Part shown: piece by piece, positions 49,831 to 61,140 of the stretch | Position numbering within the stretch: position 1 is the stretch's first letter | Layout of the letters: each line of letters opens with the position of its first letter | From: Lama glama | Lineage: Eukaryota | Assembly: GCA_028534125.1 (NCBI GenBank) | Contig: CM052816.1 | Location: 30,444,001 to 30,508,000 of the forward strand | Direction of reading: 5' to 3' | DNA: 64,000 bases | The notes under the pieces: model-generated | The model's input: only the letters and a program-made list of their open reading frames with translations | What the model was told of the DNA's origin: nothing | The model's database searches: none | Translations under genes and position numbers: made by a program

Positions 49831-50209
49831 ATTCATCAACACCCTAAAAATATAGCTTGCTTGTGACCCAGGGAGCCCACATCCTAGTTCTGTCAGAGGA
49901 GATGAGCTCTCCTCTCTGTACATGAAAAATTTTGAGGAAGAGGAGATGGGGGAAAGATGTTTTGAGAAGGAGCAGCCGTCTTAGTTTTGAATTTGAGCTT
50001 TGAACGGTGTGAAAAAATGAACCTGAAAAAGTGTGTCTTAAACCACAGGAGACCAAGTTTTCCTTCATTGGTCAGGTTAAGTTTTTACCTGCCTTGTACC
50101 ATCACCCCTTTTATAATCAGCAAAAATAGAATCCAGAACATAGTCAACTCAAGTAAAAACTGGTACTTTACCTCATTTTACAAATGAGAAAACTGAGCAA
50201 GAGAGTTAG

Positions 50210-50965
50210 TTACTGGCACTCCTTGCTTCAGTAGCTCCCTATTGCCCTCTAAGCTGAGTTAAGACCCCTGTGCAGATGCTGCCTAGTGACCAGCTTCTTG
50301 GCAGTGTTATCTGCCGCCCAAGCTTTATACCCTGTGGGCTTTAGGTTCTATTCAAAACTGGTGATTTTATGCTTCCTGAATACAGCAGCAAGTCCTGCGC
50401 ATTTCTTTTCTGTCTTTAGAATAGCCTTTTCCTTTGGATACATCTGGGGATCTTACAGTTAAAGAGGACAATTCTTGTGTCACCTCTTGTCTGAAACTTA
50501 CTTTGACTAACTCCCTTAAGACCTCGCTCAAACATGATTAATTCCTTCCTTCTCTGTATCCTGTAATATTTCACACTTACTTCCAAATGGTACTATAAAT
50601 TGCTTAGTGGATTTAGGGAGGGGGTGGAAATGAGGAAGCATGCTATTTGCCTGATTAATTGTAGCGTTCTCCTTTTCTACTTTTGACTTTCTATTGTGCT
50701 TTTATTTTTTCTGTATTCATCCCATCTGGCTACTCTGTTCATGTTGGCAGCAGAACTTTCAGTCCTCCTGAATATGTCAGTTGAGATACTGTTGTGCAGG
50801 ATACTGAAGGCTTACTTTGAAATGGGAAAAGAGAAAGATTGTTTATTTTGTTTAATCTTGTCCACTGCACTATAAATCCTTGGAAGACAGGGTTCTATCT
50901 TTGTATTCCCAGTATAGTTTTTGGCACATTTAGATGCAATGCTGAGTAAGCATGTGGCTGATAAA
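50210..50965 (+). mobile_element. L2 3' fragments
   Basis: 'gctccctattgccctctaag', 'ataaatccttggaagacaggg...atagtttttggcacatt'. Confidence 0.5.
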
Positions 50966-51449
50966 TGCCTGAGGGATAAAATGTTTGAGCTGGACCATCC
51001 CTCACTCTCTCGAAAGGTCCTTCCAAGTCTTTAGCTCTTTTTCTCTGAACTGCCTTTCTCATTTTTTCCCTTAATTATTCTTTATATTTCTGATTTTGTT
51101 TTATTTTGCTTTGTCTTTTTTAATCTAGAATTCTTTTATTTTCTCCAATTTTTTCCTATGTTTTAGAACAAATAAATATACAGACTTCTGGATTTAATAT
51201 AACATCCAGTTTAGCAGCCTTCCAGGTAGACTTTCTAACCCCCATTTTCTCATCAGTGTGTGCTTGGAGAAAAGGAGGGAATTTCACATCACTGCCTTAA
51301 GTAGAGATGAACCAAGTACCTATTGCCATTATAGTGAAGATACATTAATTAATTGAGAAAAATTATTAGTGACCCGTTCATGGTTTAAATGATTTCATGT
51401 TGATGGTGATAAGAATCATGACAACCATGATCAAACACAGCCACCAAAT

Positions 51450-53290
51450 ACACATAAAACTGTAAACACTTAGCAGAGTATTGTGTTGAAATATATTGCA
51501 AACATAGGATCAAGAGAAAGCTTTTTCTCATTCAAATAATAGAAAAAAATTTAAATAAAAAGGAAAAAACAAGAACAACCTAACCAACATAGAACCTGCA
51601 AACAAATATAGGACAGAGATAGGGAACAGAACCCTAAATATTCTGAGGAAGAGTATTTCAAAACTGATTTTCAGTATAATTAGGATGATATGGCCTCTAC
51701 TAAGTAGAAGCAAAGATTTTGAAAAGGGATCATGTAAAATAAAGAATTGCAATGAGACAAAACCATGGTATAAATAAAGTCCTTATGGTGGGTAAAGAAG
51801 GGAATCTGACATTGCAAAAAATGAATTCAGGACAGGAAAATAAACTTAAGAGTAGAAATAAAAGATATCTAAGAAAGGAGATGAAAATGCAAAGGGTAGA
51901 TAATGGTATCCAAACCACGATTTTTCTTGAAAAGTTCAGAGAAATTTCAATGGGAAAAATTTCAAACCAACAGTATTTACTGGGAGAGAAATGACTAGGT
52001 ACCTTGTTCCTAGATCATGACTGGCACATCCTAGTCACTCAATGAATATTTGCTGAGTGGATGAATCAAGGAAAAATTAATAAATGATAACTAACCAAAT
52101 GTTGTCAAGTGATAGTCTGTAACCAAATAGGGCTGGCAGATATATTTTATTTGGCCTGCACAAGGTCACTTAAAGAAAAAAAAGTTAAGCCAACCTTTAG
52201 ATAGTGTGACTTCATTTAGATGTGTACAACATTCAGAATTGTAACTTCTCTTGAAAAAATTAGACTGTTTGGCACACTTAGACCCCATTTCCAAATGGTA
52301 CCTATTTCTTAAATTTCAGGAGCAGCTGCTGCTGTTAGGTGGGGCCTGTGTTTTCTCTCAGGATCCACTGCACTGTTTACATTACTTGTCTAGACATTGG
52401 AGTTACTGGAGTTTATGACCCCTGCTTTACCGCAGAGAAAAAGAATCAGTAAGAGCACATTAAAATGGCTTATAACAATGCAAATATATCTGAAGAGGTC
52501 ACTGAGTCTAGACACATTCTGGCAAAACAATTAATTACAAAGATCAAGAATAAATTTTTGCAAGCATCTGCACTAAAATTACAGTTTACTTACCAAATAA
52601 GAGAGGTCAGAATGAATTCAGAGTTTTACTCTTAAGCAACAAATATGAGACAACAATGGAGAAGTAACTACAAAGTTTCAAGAGAAGGTTTTACAATTAT
52701 AAAGTTTATACGCAAACTGTTTTTCTGAATGCAATATTTTGTAGGGGAAACAAAGCCTTAAAAACACATTAGCAACATGTTACTGAAAAATATATATGTA
52801 TACATACATTTTATACTCAAGTAAATCTCATGAATAGTGAATGTTTTGCCTAATAGGATGGAGGTGAGATCTGGAGCCATTTACACATAGAGTTTCCCAA
52901 ATAATTATTGCACATATGGCTATTTCAATAAGTAGTAGTGTCAAAATAATTTCAAAAATAGGAAACAATAACACAAGCACATACCCCAAACTCCAACTCT
53001 TATACTAACAAGGGTTAAAAAACAGAAATGTCATCAAAGGGCATTGAGAACATGCTGAGTTGTTAGTTTTATATAAAAAAGAGATTCAGCAGATACCAAT
53101 TAGTCTGACTTTGATAATCAGGTAAATTTAGGTTAAAGGATGCTTTTGAAAAATTTAAAGCTGAATGATATATATAAAACATTAAGCAAATAAAGCAACA
53201 CAATAATGTAACAGTGATGATCTTGCCTAACTAAAATGAGAACAGAAAATAAACCAAAAGAGAAGTATAATTATCTATAACCACAAAGCA
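51450..53290 (+). mobile_element. Ancient L1 ORF1-like / HAL1-like remnant (interrupted)
   Basis: Very A-rich, with 'gtcagaatgaattcagagtttt...agacaacaatggagaagtaactacaaagtt' resembling ORF1 C-terminal coding sequence. Confidence 0.5.
52129..52425 (-). mobile_element. MER102-like hAT element
   Basis: Minus strand begins CAGGGGTCATAAACTC and contains 'ttttttcaagagaag', as in the recalled MER102 consensus. Confidence 0.7.
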
Positions 53291-53851
53291 TCTGCTGCAA
53301 TGATCATGATAATTGTTACCATTTGTGGGGTTTAAGATTTATTGTTGGATGTTGCAAATTGGGTACCTACTTTATACTAATGGTCCACTTCTATTGGCTA
53401 ACCCATTAAATTCATAACATAGTCTTACTGATGTGGATATTATTACCCAGACCTCTAAAATGAGGAAGCAGTACTTGGGCAACTTGAAACAGTCCACCTG
53501 TCTAGTACTGGATAGCATGAGAAAACAATCCCCAGAAACATCAGACTACCCTTCCCATTAAGTGACAATGTCTAATTCACTAGAGACAATTCAATACACA
53601 AACTCAGACTGACTGCAGGTAGCAACAAATCAAGACTCCATTCATACTGAGGGGGTGAATGTTTCGAGTGACATTTCAAAAAGAGATTTGAAATTGCATT
53701 TGTAAGGAAAAAATGGAATTCTGTTAGTTTTATTTTTACATTTATTTTAAAGTCTGGTATTTTTATTTTTAAAGACATTTCAGTGACTGTCTTGGGAGCA
53801 GGAACTATCATAATTTCAGTGCTTAGGACATGAACATAATGTTTATCTAGA

Positions 53852-54038
53852 TCAGTGGTGTCCCAAATTGTGGTCTGACATCCCATGTCATTTATGTTCT
53901 AATCTCCAAGGGGAAATGATAAAAATGCAGGTGCCCCTAGCCTCTTGAATTGAGATTTCTAGTGGTGAGACTGGAAGGCTAAGGGTTTAACATGCTCTCC
54001 AGGTGACTTCAATGTACAGTGGAATGTGAAGACCACTA
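53852..54038. mobile_element. MER5A/B hAT MITE
   Basis: 'cagtggtgtcccaaattgtggtc...aaaatgcag...tttaacatgctctccaggtgac...gaccacta', preceded by a TCTAGA target motif. Confidence 0.75.
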
Positions 54039-54113
54039 TTTGGATGAAATTTAAATGACGCTGGGCTTTTTTCTGGCTGGGTAACACTTACTCTAGCTTT
54101 TCTCTTTAGCCTT

Positions 54114-54612
54114 TTGGGTAGGCAGCTTCTGTAGTAGCTCCCAGCTGATCTTCCCTCCTGGTGTTTACTCCCCTGTGTATTCTCCTCCCATTCACTATCA
54201 GCTGGACCTCTAGTGACTTGCTTCTGTTGGATGGGATGTGACAAAGTGATGGGACTTCACTTCTGAAATTAGTTTACAAAGAGGCAGTAGCTCGGGCCTG
54301 GGTGTGCTCCCTGTCTGTCTCCCACAGATGTCTCACCCTGCAGGAGGCCAGCTGCCACGCTGTGAGGCCGACAAGGGAGAGGCCCAAGAGGGTGGGCCTG
54401 GGGCAAGATTCTTCAGCCTTAGGTGAGCCTTGAGATGATGGTAGCCCCTGCTGGGAGTTTGACTGCCACCTCATCATGAGCACCTTGAGCCAGAGGCCCC
54501 CAGCTGCCCTGTGCCCTGATTCCTGACCGACAGAAGCTATGCCATAATAAATACATGTTCTTGTAAGCTGCTACATTTCAGGGTAATTTGCTACAGAATA
54601 CACAACTAATAC
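54114..54612 (+). mobile_element. ERVL-MaLR solo LTR (MLT1F-like)
   Basis: 'ggtaggcagcttctg...cctcctggtgtttac...caaagtgatggga...gattcctgaccgacagaa...gggtaatttgctac...aactaatac'. Confidence 0.85.
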
Positions 54613-55749
54613 TCCTTTAAGGCATAAAACACATAGGAGTGTTCATTAGCATCCTTGTGGTTCCAGCTACCTTTATATTCCTCTCTTTAGATTGTTATTT
54701 CCCCAGATTCTTCTGTCATGTCCTCTTCGGTATCCTCATGACGAGTTTGCTCACCATCTAGTCATCTTTGACTCAAATTTCTATTTCCAGCCAGGTCAAT
54801 TCCTAGATTAGATCAGCCTGGAGAGCATACTTGATCTCTCACCTTTGAGATCTGGGTAGATGGGCACATGATCCTGCTATTTACCTCATTTCTGAACATC
54901 ATTAAAATTCAACATCACATGTCTCCATTTAAGTATATCCCAAGAGACTTGAAAGATGCCAACATAGTAGTCTCCTTTCAAGAGGCTGAGTTGCTCAGGC
55001 CAACTCAAGTTTACAGGATTAGAATTTACTTGAGGGTCATTCACATTAAGCTGATAGTTAAATCTGAAAGAGAAGATGAACCCTCTAAATGTGAGAATGC
55101 AGAGGCTAAAAAAAAAATTTTGCTATAGTGTGTGTGTACATGGTAGGGAGTTATAATAGTTTTGTAAAGCTAGTCTTTTTGTTACCTAACCGTTCTGTAA
55201 CATTTGCTAACACCATCTAATTTGTAACAACCAATGTGTAAACTTGATTTAGGAAAGCTTTATTACCACTAGCCTATTTACTTTCCTGGGATATTGAAGA
55301 ATTTCTTTGGGTAGCCAAACTCCTAAAGAGGAAATCTGTTGAAAGGGCAATAAGATGATGTAGAGGGCATAGCACTCTCCTTTAAATTTTCCTTAAACCC
55401 GCTGAGCTGTGGAGACTGCATCCAATGTACTCTGTTGTGGCTTGAGCCTCTGCTGGGAGTCCATGATTAACAGTGCTGTGAAACAATGCTGACGAGGACT
55501 CTGGCCAAGAACCTCGGTGTAGTATATGGTAGCTAGACAATGACTTTGCCTGCTGATGCCAAATCAAGTGATGTGCTCTGTCAAAACTAGCAGTCAAGCC
55601 ATTTATTTGCCATTGGGGAGAGAAAATGACCTGAAGATTGCCTGGACTTTACAATTTACAACTGCCTCTCCTGGCACTGTCAAGACAGACTTACTGCTGG
55701 AGCTCTGATTTTCAACCTTTCATTCCCTAAGCTAATCAGTCGTGTTAAC

Positions 55750-56000
55750 ACCGTAGGATTGAAAACATGGGCTTTGAGGTCAGAGTACCCACCTGGGTCA
55801 GTATTCTGGCTCCATCACCTACTAGTTCTGTGTCCCTGGCTAGAGTATTTGAATTTTCATCCCAGTTTCCTTACCCGTAAATGAGTATCATCATAGTAAC
55901 TAACTCCTGAGGGGGAGTGGGTAGTAAAGATAAAAGGGGAATATATCTGGAAAAATCTTAAAACACTACGTGTCACGTAGCACTTAACAAATGTTAACTA
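55750..56000 (+). mobile_element. MIR SINE
   Basis: 'catgggctttgaggtcag...ctggctccatcacctactag...cagtttccttacccgtaaatg...cacttaacaaatgttaactat'. Confidence 0.85.
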
Positions 56001-56081
56001 TGAATTGTTTTACTATTATAAATATTATTAATAGCTCTTAATTTGATAAAATCATGTTTTAATTCCGCTTGTATTTACTTT

Positions 56082-56305
56082 CTTTTTTGTTGGTTTGTTT
56101 CTTTTTTTAACTTGAAGTGTAGTCCATTTACAGTGCTGTGCTAATTTCTGGTATACAGCATAGTGATTCAGTTGTACATATATATATGTATATATATTCC
56201 TTGTGATATTCTTTTTCATTGTAGGCTGTTATAAGCCATTGAATGTATTTCCCTGTGCTATACAGTAGGACCCTGTCATTTATCTATTTTATATATAGTA
56301 GTTAG
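56082..56305 (-). mobile_element. Short L1 3' tail
   Basis: T-rich tail then 'ttgaagtgtagtccatttacag...ttccctgtgctatacagtaggacc'. TTTACTTT on both flanks (56074-56081, 56311-56318). Confidence 0.9.
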
Positions 56306-58249
56306 TTACCTTTACTTTAATAGTTAGAAAATTGAGTCCTTTTAGGAGATTACAGTTCTGATCGAAGATGAAGGCTTTAACTTTTAAAATTTAAAATATT
56401 TTCCTAAAGTTATAGGCAGAATTGAATATATAATTACAAATGCACTGTTAGTACTTAAATCTAAAATTTAGGAGTCTTAAACTGTATATTTCTCCATATG
56501 GTTTTAAATTTAAAATATAAAAATTTTACATTTATCAGTAAATGTAAAATACTTATTTGTTAAATTTTTTTTAATTTGGTTCTCCTTTAGATTTGAAAAG
56601 AAGTTGTCCCAACCATAATAGTTTGTATATACATATTTTTCTTCAAATATATTGTTCTTAGTGCTTTATTCATTGCTAACGACATGGTTGTATATTTCCC
56701 CTGTACATTTATAGAGAGAAAAATCATGTGTTCATAATGCAGGTGCCTACCCCAAGCTTAAGTGCTTTCCTCATGAAGAACAGGTAGAAGTAGCCAAATG
56801 TTTATTTTTTCTGCCAGCATGATCAGCATTTAACTGGGAATCTGAAATGTGTTTCTTCAGTTTTCTTCTCTTTACTTTTTCTCCTTGGGGAAAATTATAA
56901 TTGAACCACCTTGCGCCAGGAGGTCAGTGTAGTCACAATGACTTTCTGTTGTGATGACAACCACACCCTAAATTTAGACAAGGGGATGCAGGTTGGCAAA
57001 CAGCTCTGGATCCTTAGCGGCCTTGACCAGCTCATCCCATTAGTCACAGAGTCTGGCTGATTACGTGCTACTTAGGATTCTTGATGTAGTGGCATTTACC
57101 CTAATGTTGGCATAAGGTCTTTGCTTATTTAGGTCAACAAGAATTTCTTTAAAACTCAGTTGTGTTTTGAGAAGAACATCCCACTACAGTCTATCCTCCT
57201 TGCAAACTTATGTGTGTCAGGATCATTATCATAATGACTGAACCTCCTTAAAATGGAATTCTAGTTTTGAAACTTTACTTTCATTTCCGTATATAAGGAC
57301 AGCATTCAGAACAGCCCTGAAATTTAGAAGGTTCCAAAAATCTTACGGTGTTTCTGCTAGTTCCCACCAGCATTGCAGACATTTCTTTACCCAGGAGGCA
57401 TGTCAAATAAACAATAGGTGAGTGTCCTAGATACATTCACCTCAGAGGTATACGACATTGCGGTGAATTTCCAGCATGTTGTAAAATACTGGGCTACTAT
57501 ATGTTTTACACCCAAAGTTGCTCCGTTATTATTCCCAAGAAGATACACTGTACTCTCAGAAAGTTGATTCATTAATTAAATCACCCATTCAATGATGATT
57601 TGTTAAATTTGTTTGAAAATGAATAAAAGTAGCAGTTCTGTGCTTTATGTACAAGCAATGGAAAATACTAGGAACCATGTTTGTTGGAGAGATGTTCACT
57701 CTGTTTAAGTGGGCTGAAGTCAGGCAGGAGTAGTTTGAGGGAGAAATAACTAACAAAGGCTTGTACACTTTTGAAAGGTTAGTGAAAAAGGACAGAGAAA
57801 TTTCTCCTCCAGGGGGCACTGAACAGCACAGTTAGCAGTCAAATAAGAAAGGCAGTTGACCTCTGAGCGCTCCTTCCAACCTTAGGATTCTCTTCCACTC
57901 TGTCCCAGAAGGACTGTTTGCTGATGGCTGAACTGCTTTATTTCTCTACGCCTCATTTCTCATCCTAATAAATTTGCGAATGTTCTTCTAACACATCTGG
58001 TGGAATGGTTGTAAGGAAACCTACCCCTTAAGATTATTTTCACCTACGGTTTTGAGTCAAGTTAGTTTTATCACCTGACATTAAAATATCTCTATAATTT
58101 TATAAGCCTCTTTTTTAAAGTGAAAGAGAAGGATGCAAAGGTATTGAGAGCTTATCATTATTACTTCATCAAGACCATGACCAGAAAGAAAGAAATCATC
58201 AAACTCAACCCATTTAAAGAAATTAGAGTTCATATTGGAGTCCACTGTC

Positions 58250-58595
58250 TTCCCCCTTTTTGTTTCAATCCAAACTTATTTCCACTCTTCTCCAGTACTC
58301 TGAAACCACTTCAGATAGGACATTCCATTGCCCGGAATGCTCTTCTTGGTTTAATATCTGTAAATCCTCTTCACTCTTCAAACCACACTCTCTCATTACA
58401 TATTCTGCCCTTATTTCAGGTCTCATTGATTTTTTTTTTTAACTCACAAATCCAATAGGATTTATAGTTTGCAGAAGACTCTTCTAGATTTAATTACACA
58501 AGGTTAAGCATTGTTCACCAGTGTTTCAGTTGTCTTCCTCTATCCCCAACACTTGGCAAAGTGTTCTGCCATTAAAATGCCTTCAATAAATGCCC
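58250..58595 (+). mobile_element. L2 3' fragment
   Basis: 'ttccattgcccggaatgctctt...cttggcaaagtgttctg...ttcaataaatg'. Confidence 0.55.
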
Positions 58596-59024
58596 TCTTA
58601 ACACACTGATTCAGTCATGAGGCTTCTAAAGGAGCACTCTGTGTATCTTTAAAGGGCACAGTCCAGGTCCAGTTAAATACATAGCTTTAAAATCAACATA
58701 TAACCTTTTAGACCTTTAATCAATTCTATTTCTAAGGATTGACTGCAGTTTTCATTTTTCAAAGAGTTTTGGCTTAGGTAATTTGGATCAATTATCCTGA
58801 AAGTGAAATTGGCAGCCACTGTTTATTTATCTGTGAAGTCAATGAGAGGGAATTAAACAAACAAAAAAAAAAACCTCTCACAAAGGAATGCAAGTTTCCT
58901 CCTTAACTTAAAAGAGTTGAGAAACAAAATACAAGAGAAATAATTATCTACTTGTTTAAGAAACATTCTCTGATGCTTCAGCGTTCTAAATGGTAAGCAA
59001 AGCAGTTCATTTAGAACTAGAATC

Positions 59025-59385
59025 TTGAAAAGTATTAACATGAATGATAGTATGTACACATGGGCAAAGTACCTCTAAAAGAGAGTTTTTGGCAGAATAG
59101 TTAACCTGAAAAACTAGCTGCTGTGAAAAGTGAAAAACATGAATAACAAGACATACCAACTTCAGGTAGTAGTTCCTTGGGGGAAAAGATGAAGGGAAAT
59201 AAGACTGATGAAGGTTTTAAAGGGTAATCCAACTGGATATGTATGATTTATTTAAAAAGAAAAGATCTGGAGCAAGTATGGTAAAAGAATAATGTTCTTT
59301 AATTTGGGTTTGATTGCCAGATATGGAAACTTACATTATTCCTAGTATTTTTTGTATATTATTCTAAGTTTTTAATAAGTAAAAA
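59025..59385 (+). mobile_element. L1ME-like 3' fragment
   Basis: 'aaacatgaataacaagacataccaacttcaggtagtagttccttggggg' resembles old L1ME 3'UTR. Confidence 0.5.
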
Positions 59386-60362
59386 GTTACTGGTATCTTA
59401 CTTTTCTTTAAGTTTCCTATTTTGAAAGATCAGTGTGTCTCATTGTTGAGTGACACTTTGATAATGGTCAATTAAATCGGCCTAATATATATTAAACACC
59501 TAGTAAATACCTATATAGAGACCAGTAATCTGTAAAAAGCACATGCTCGAGCAGTTTACAGGATAGGAGAATAAGTAAGTAAATGACAGGAATAAAAATG
59601 ACTCAATGTGTATTAAGAGTGCTAAGATCTGGAGTAATTTTAAAGGTGGACTAGAGTGAGGTGGAAATTCTGGAAAGGATACAGGCTGAAGAAAGAAAAT
59701 AGGCAGGGAATTCAGTATATGTAGTGGGAAGTAGTGAATCATACAGTTTAGTTTAAACACTGATTCCAGGTGTGGAGGCAAGGAATTAAGCTGGCATGGA
59801 TGCTTGGAGTATTAAGCATACATTTTTTTTCCCTATACACTAGTAAAATTAAAAGCTAGATTCTAACTTCCAAGTCATAGTAGGAAATAAAAGAGACATT
59901 GTTTTCCAATATCTTTTACTACATATCAGTGGTTCTCAACCAAGGATGAGCATCATAACCATTTTGGAATATTTTTTTTTAGAGAGAGGGCAAATTTGAC
60001 TTTTTTGATTAATGAAAGTTACAAGTCAGTCAGAAGCTACTACAGCTTTCAGCTTCTATGCAGTAAATAAATTAGTAATACAACATTTAAGGAAAGACTG
60101 TTAAACATTCAAATGGAAATGAACAGGAAGCCAGTTAGTGTTAAATTTTTATGTATCACTTTCAGTTTTTGCCAGGAAAAAAAAAATAGGCAAAAAAGTA
60201 GTATTACAAGGTTTTTAATCAATAAAATGAATGTATGTATCTCAACATCATTGATTAGGGCTCTGTTGAATCATTCACCTGATATAGATAAAATTGGAAT
60301 AAAAGTTAGTCAACACATTATTAAAGTCAGTCCAACAGAGAAGTGAATACTGGCAGCTCTAG

Positions 60363-61140
60363 CCAGCACCGTCTAACAAAACATTCAGAAATGATGAAAT
60401 GCTCTGCATTTGTATATTTCATATCAATACAGTCTATACAGTATTGCAGTAACTAGCCATATGTGACTATTGCGTACTTCAAATGAAGCTAGTGTGACTG
60501 AGGAACTCAGTTTTTAGTGCTATCTTTTTTTAACTGAAGTGCAGTCAATTACAATGTGTCCATTTCTAGTGTATAGCACAGTGTCCCAGTCATGCGTATA
60601 TATACATGTATTTGTTTTCATATTTTTTCATTAAAGGTTATTACAAGATATTGAACATAGTTCTCTGTGCTATACAGAAGACATTTTTAAAATCTATTTT
60701 TATATATGGTGGCTAACATTTGTAGATCTCAAACTCCCGAATTTACCCCTTCCCACCTGCTTTCACCAGTAACCATAAGATTGTTTACTATGTCTGTGAG
60801 TCTGTTTCGGTTTTGTAGATGAGTCCATGGTGTCTTTTTTTTTTTTTTTGCTCTTAGATTCCACATATGAGTGGTATCACCTGGTATCTTTCTTTCTCTT
60901 TCTGGCTTACTTCACTTAGTATGACAATATCCAGGTCCATCCATGTTGCTGCAAATGGCATTATTTTAGTCTTTTAATGGCTGAGTAGTATTCCATTATA
61001 TAAATATACTACATCTTCTTTATCCCGTCATCTGTCGATGGACATTTAGGTTGCTTCCACGTCTTGGCTATTGTATGTAGTAATGCTATTTAATTTTAAT
61101 TGATTTAAATTTAAATATTCACCTGCACAACAGTGGCTTT
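60363..61140. mobile_element. MER3-like hAT MITE split by an L1 tail
   Basis: 'actagccatatgtgactattgcgtacttcaaatgaagctagtgtgactgaggaact' then, after the L1, 'ttttaattgatttaaatttaaata'. Confidence 0.8.
60526..61080 (-). mobile_element. 5'-truncated L1 3' end nested in MER3
   Basis: Poly-T plus L1 3'UTR ('ttagattccacatatgagtg', 'tccatccatgttgctgcaaatggc'). TSD TAGTGCTATCT (60515-60525) / TAATGCTATTT (61081-61091). Confidence 0.92.

Noticed and set aside
55390..55700. Complex-looking unique segment as a possible exon or enhancer
   Set aside because: No paired splice sites, recognisable peptide or distinctive motif cluster. It cannot be supported without conservation data.
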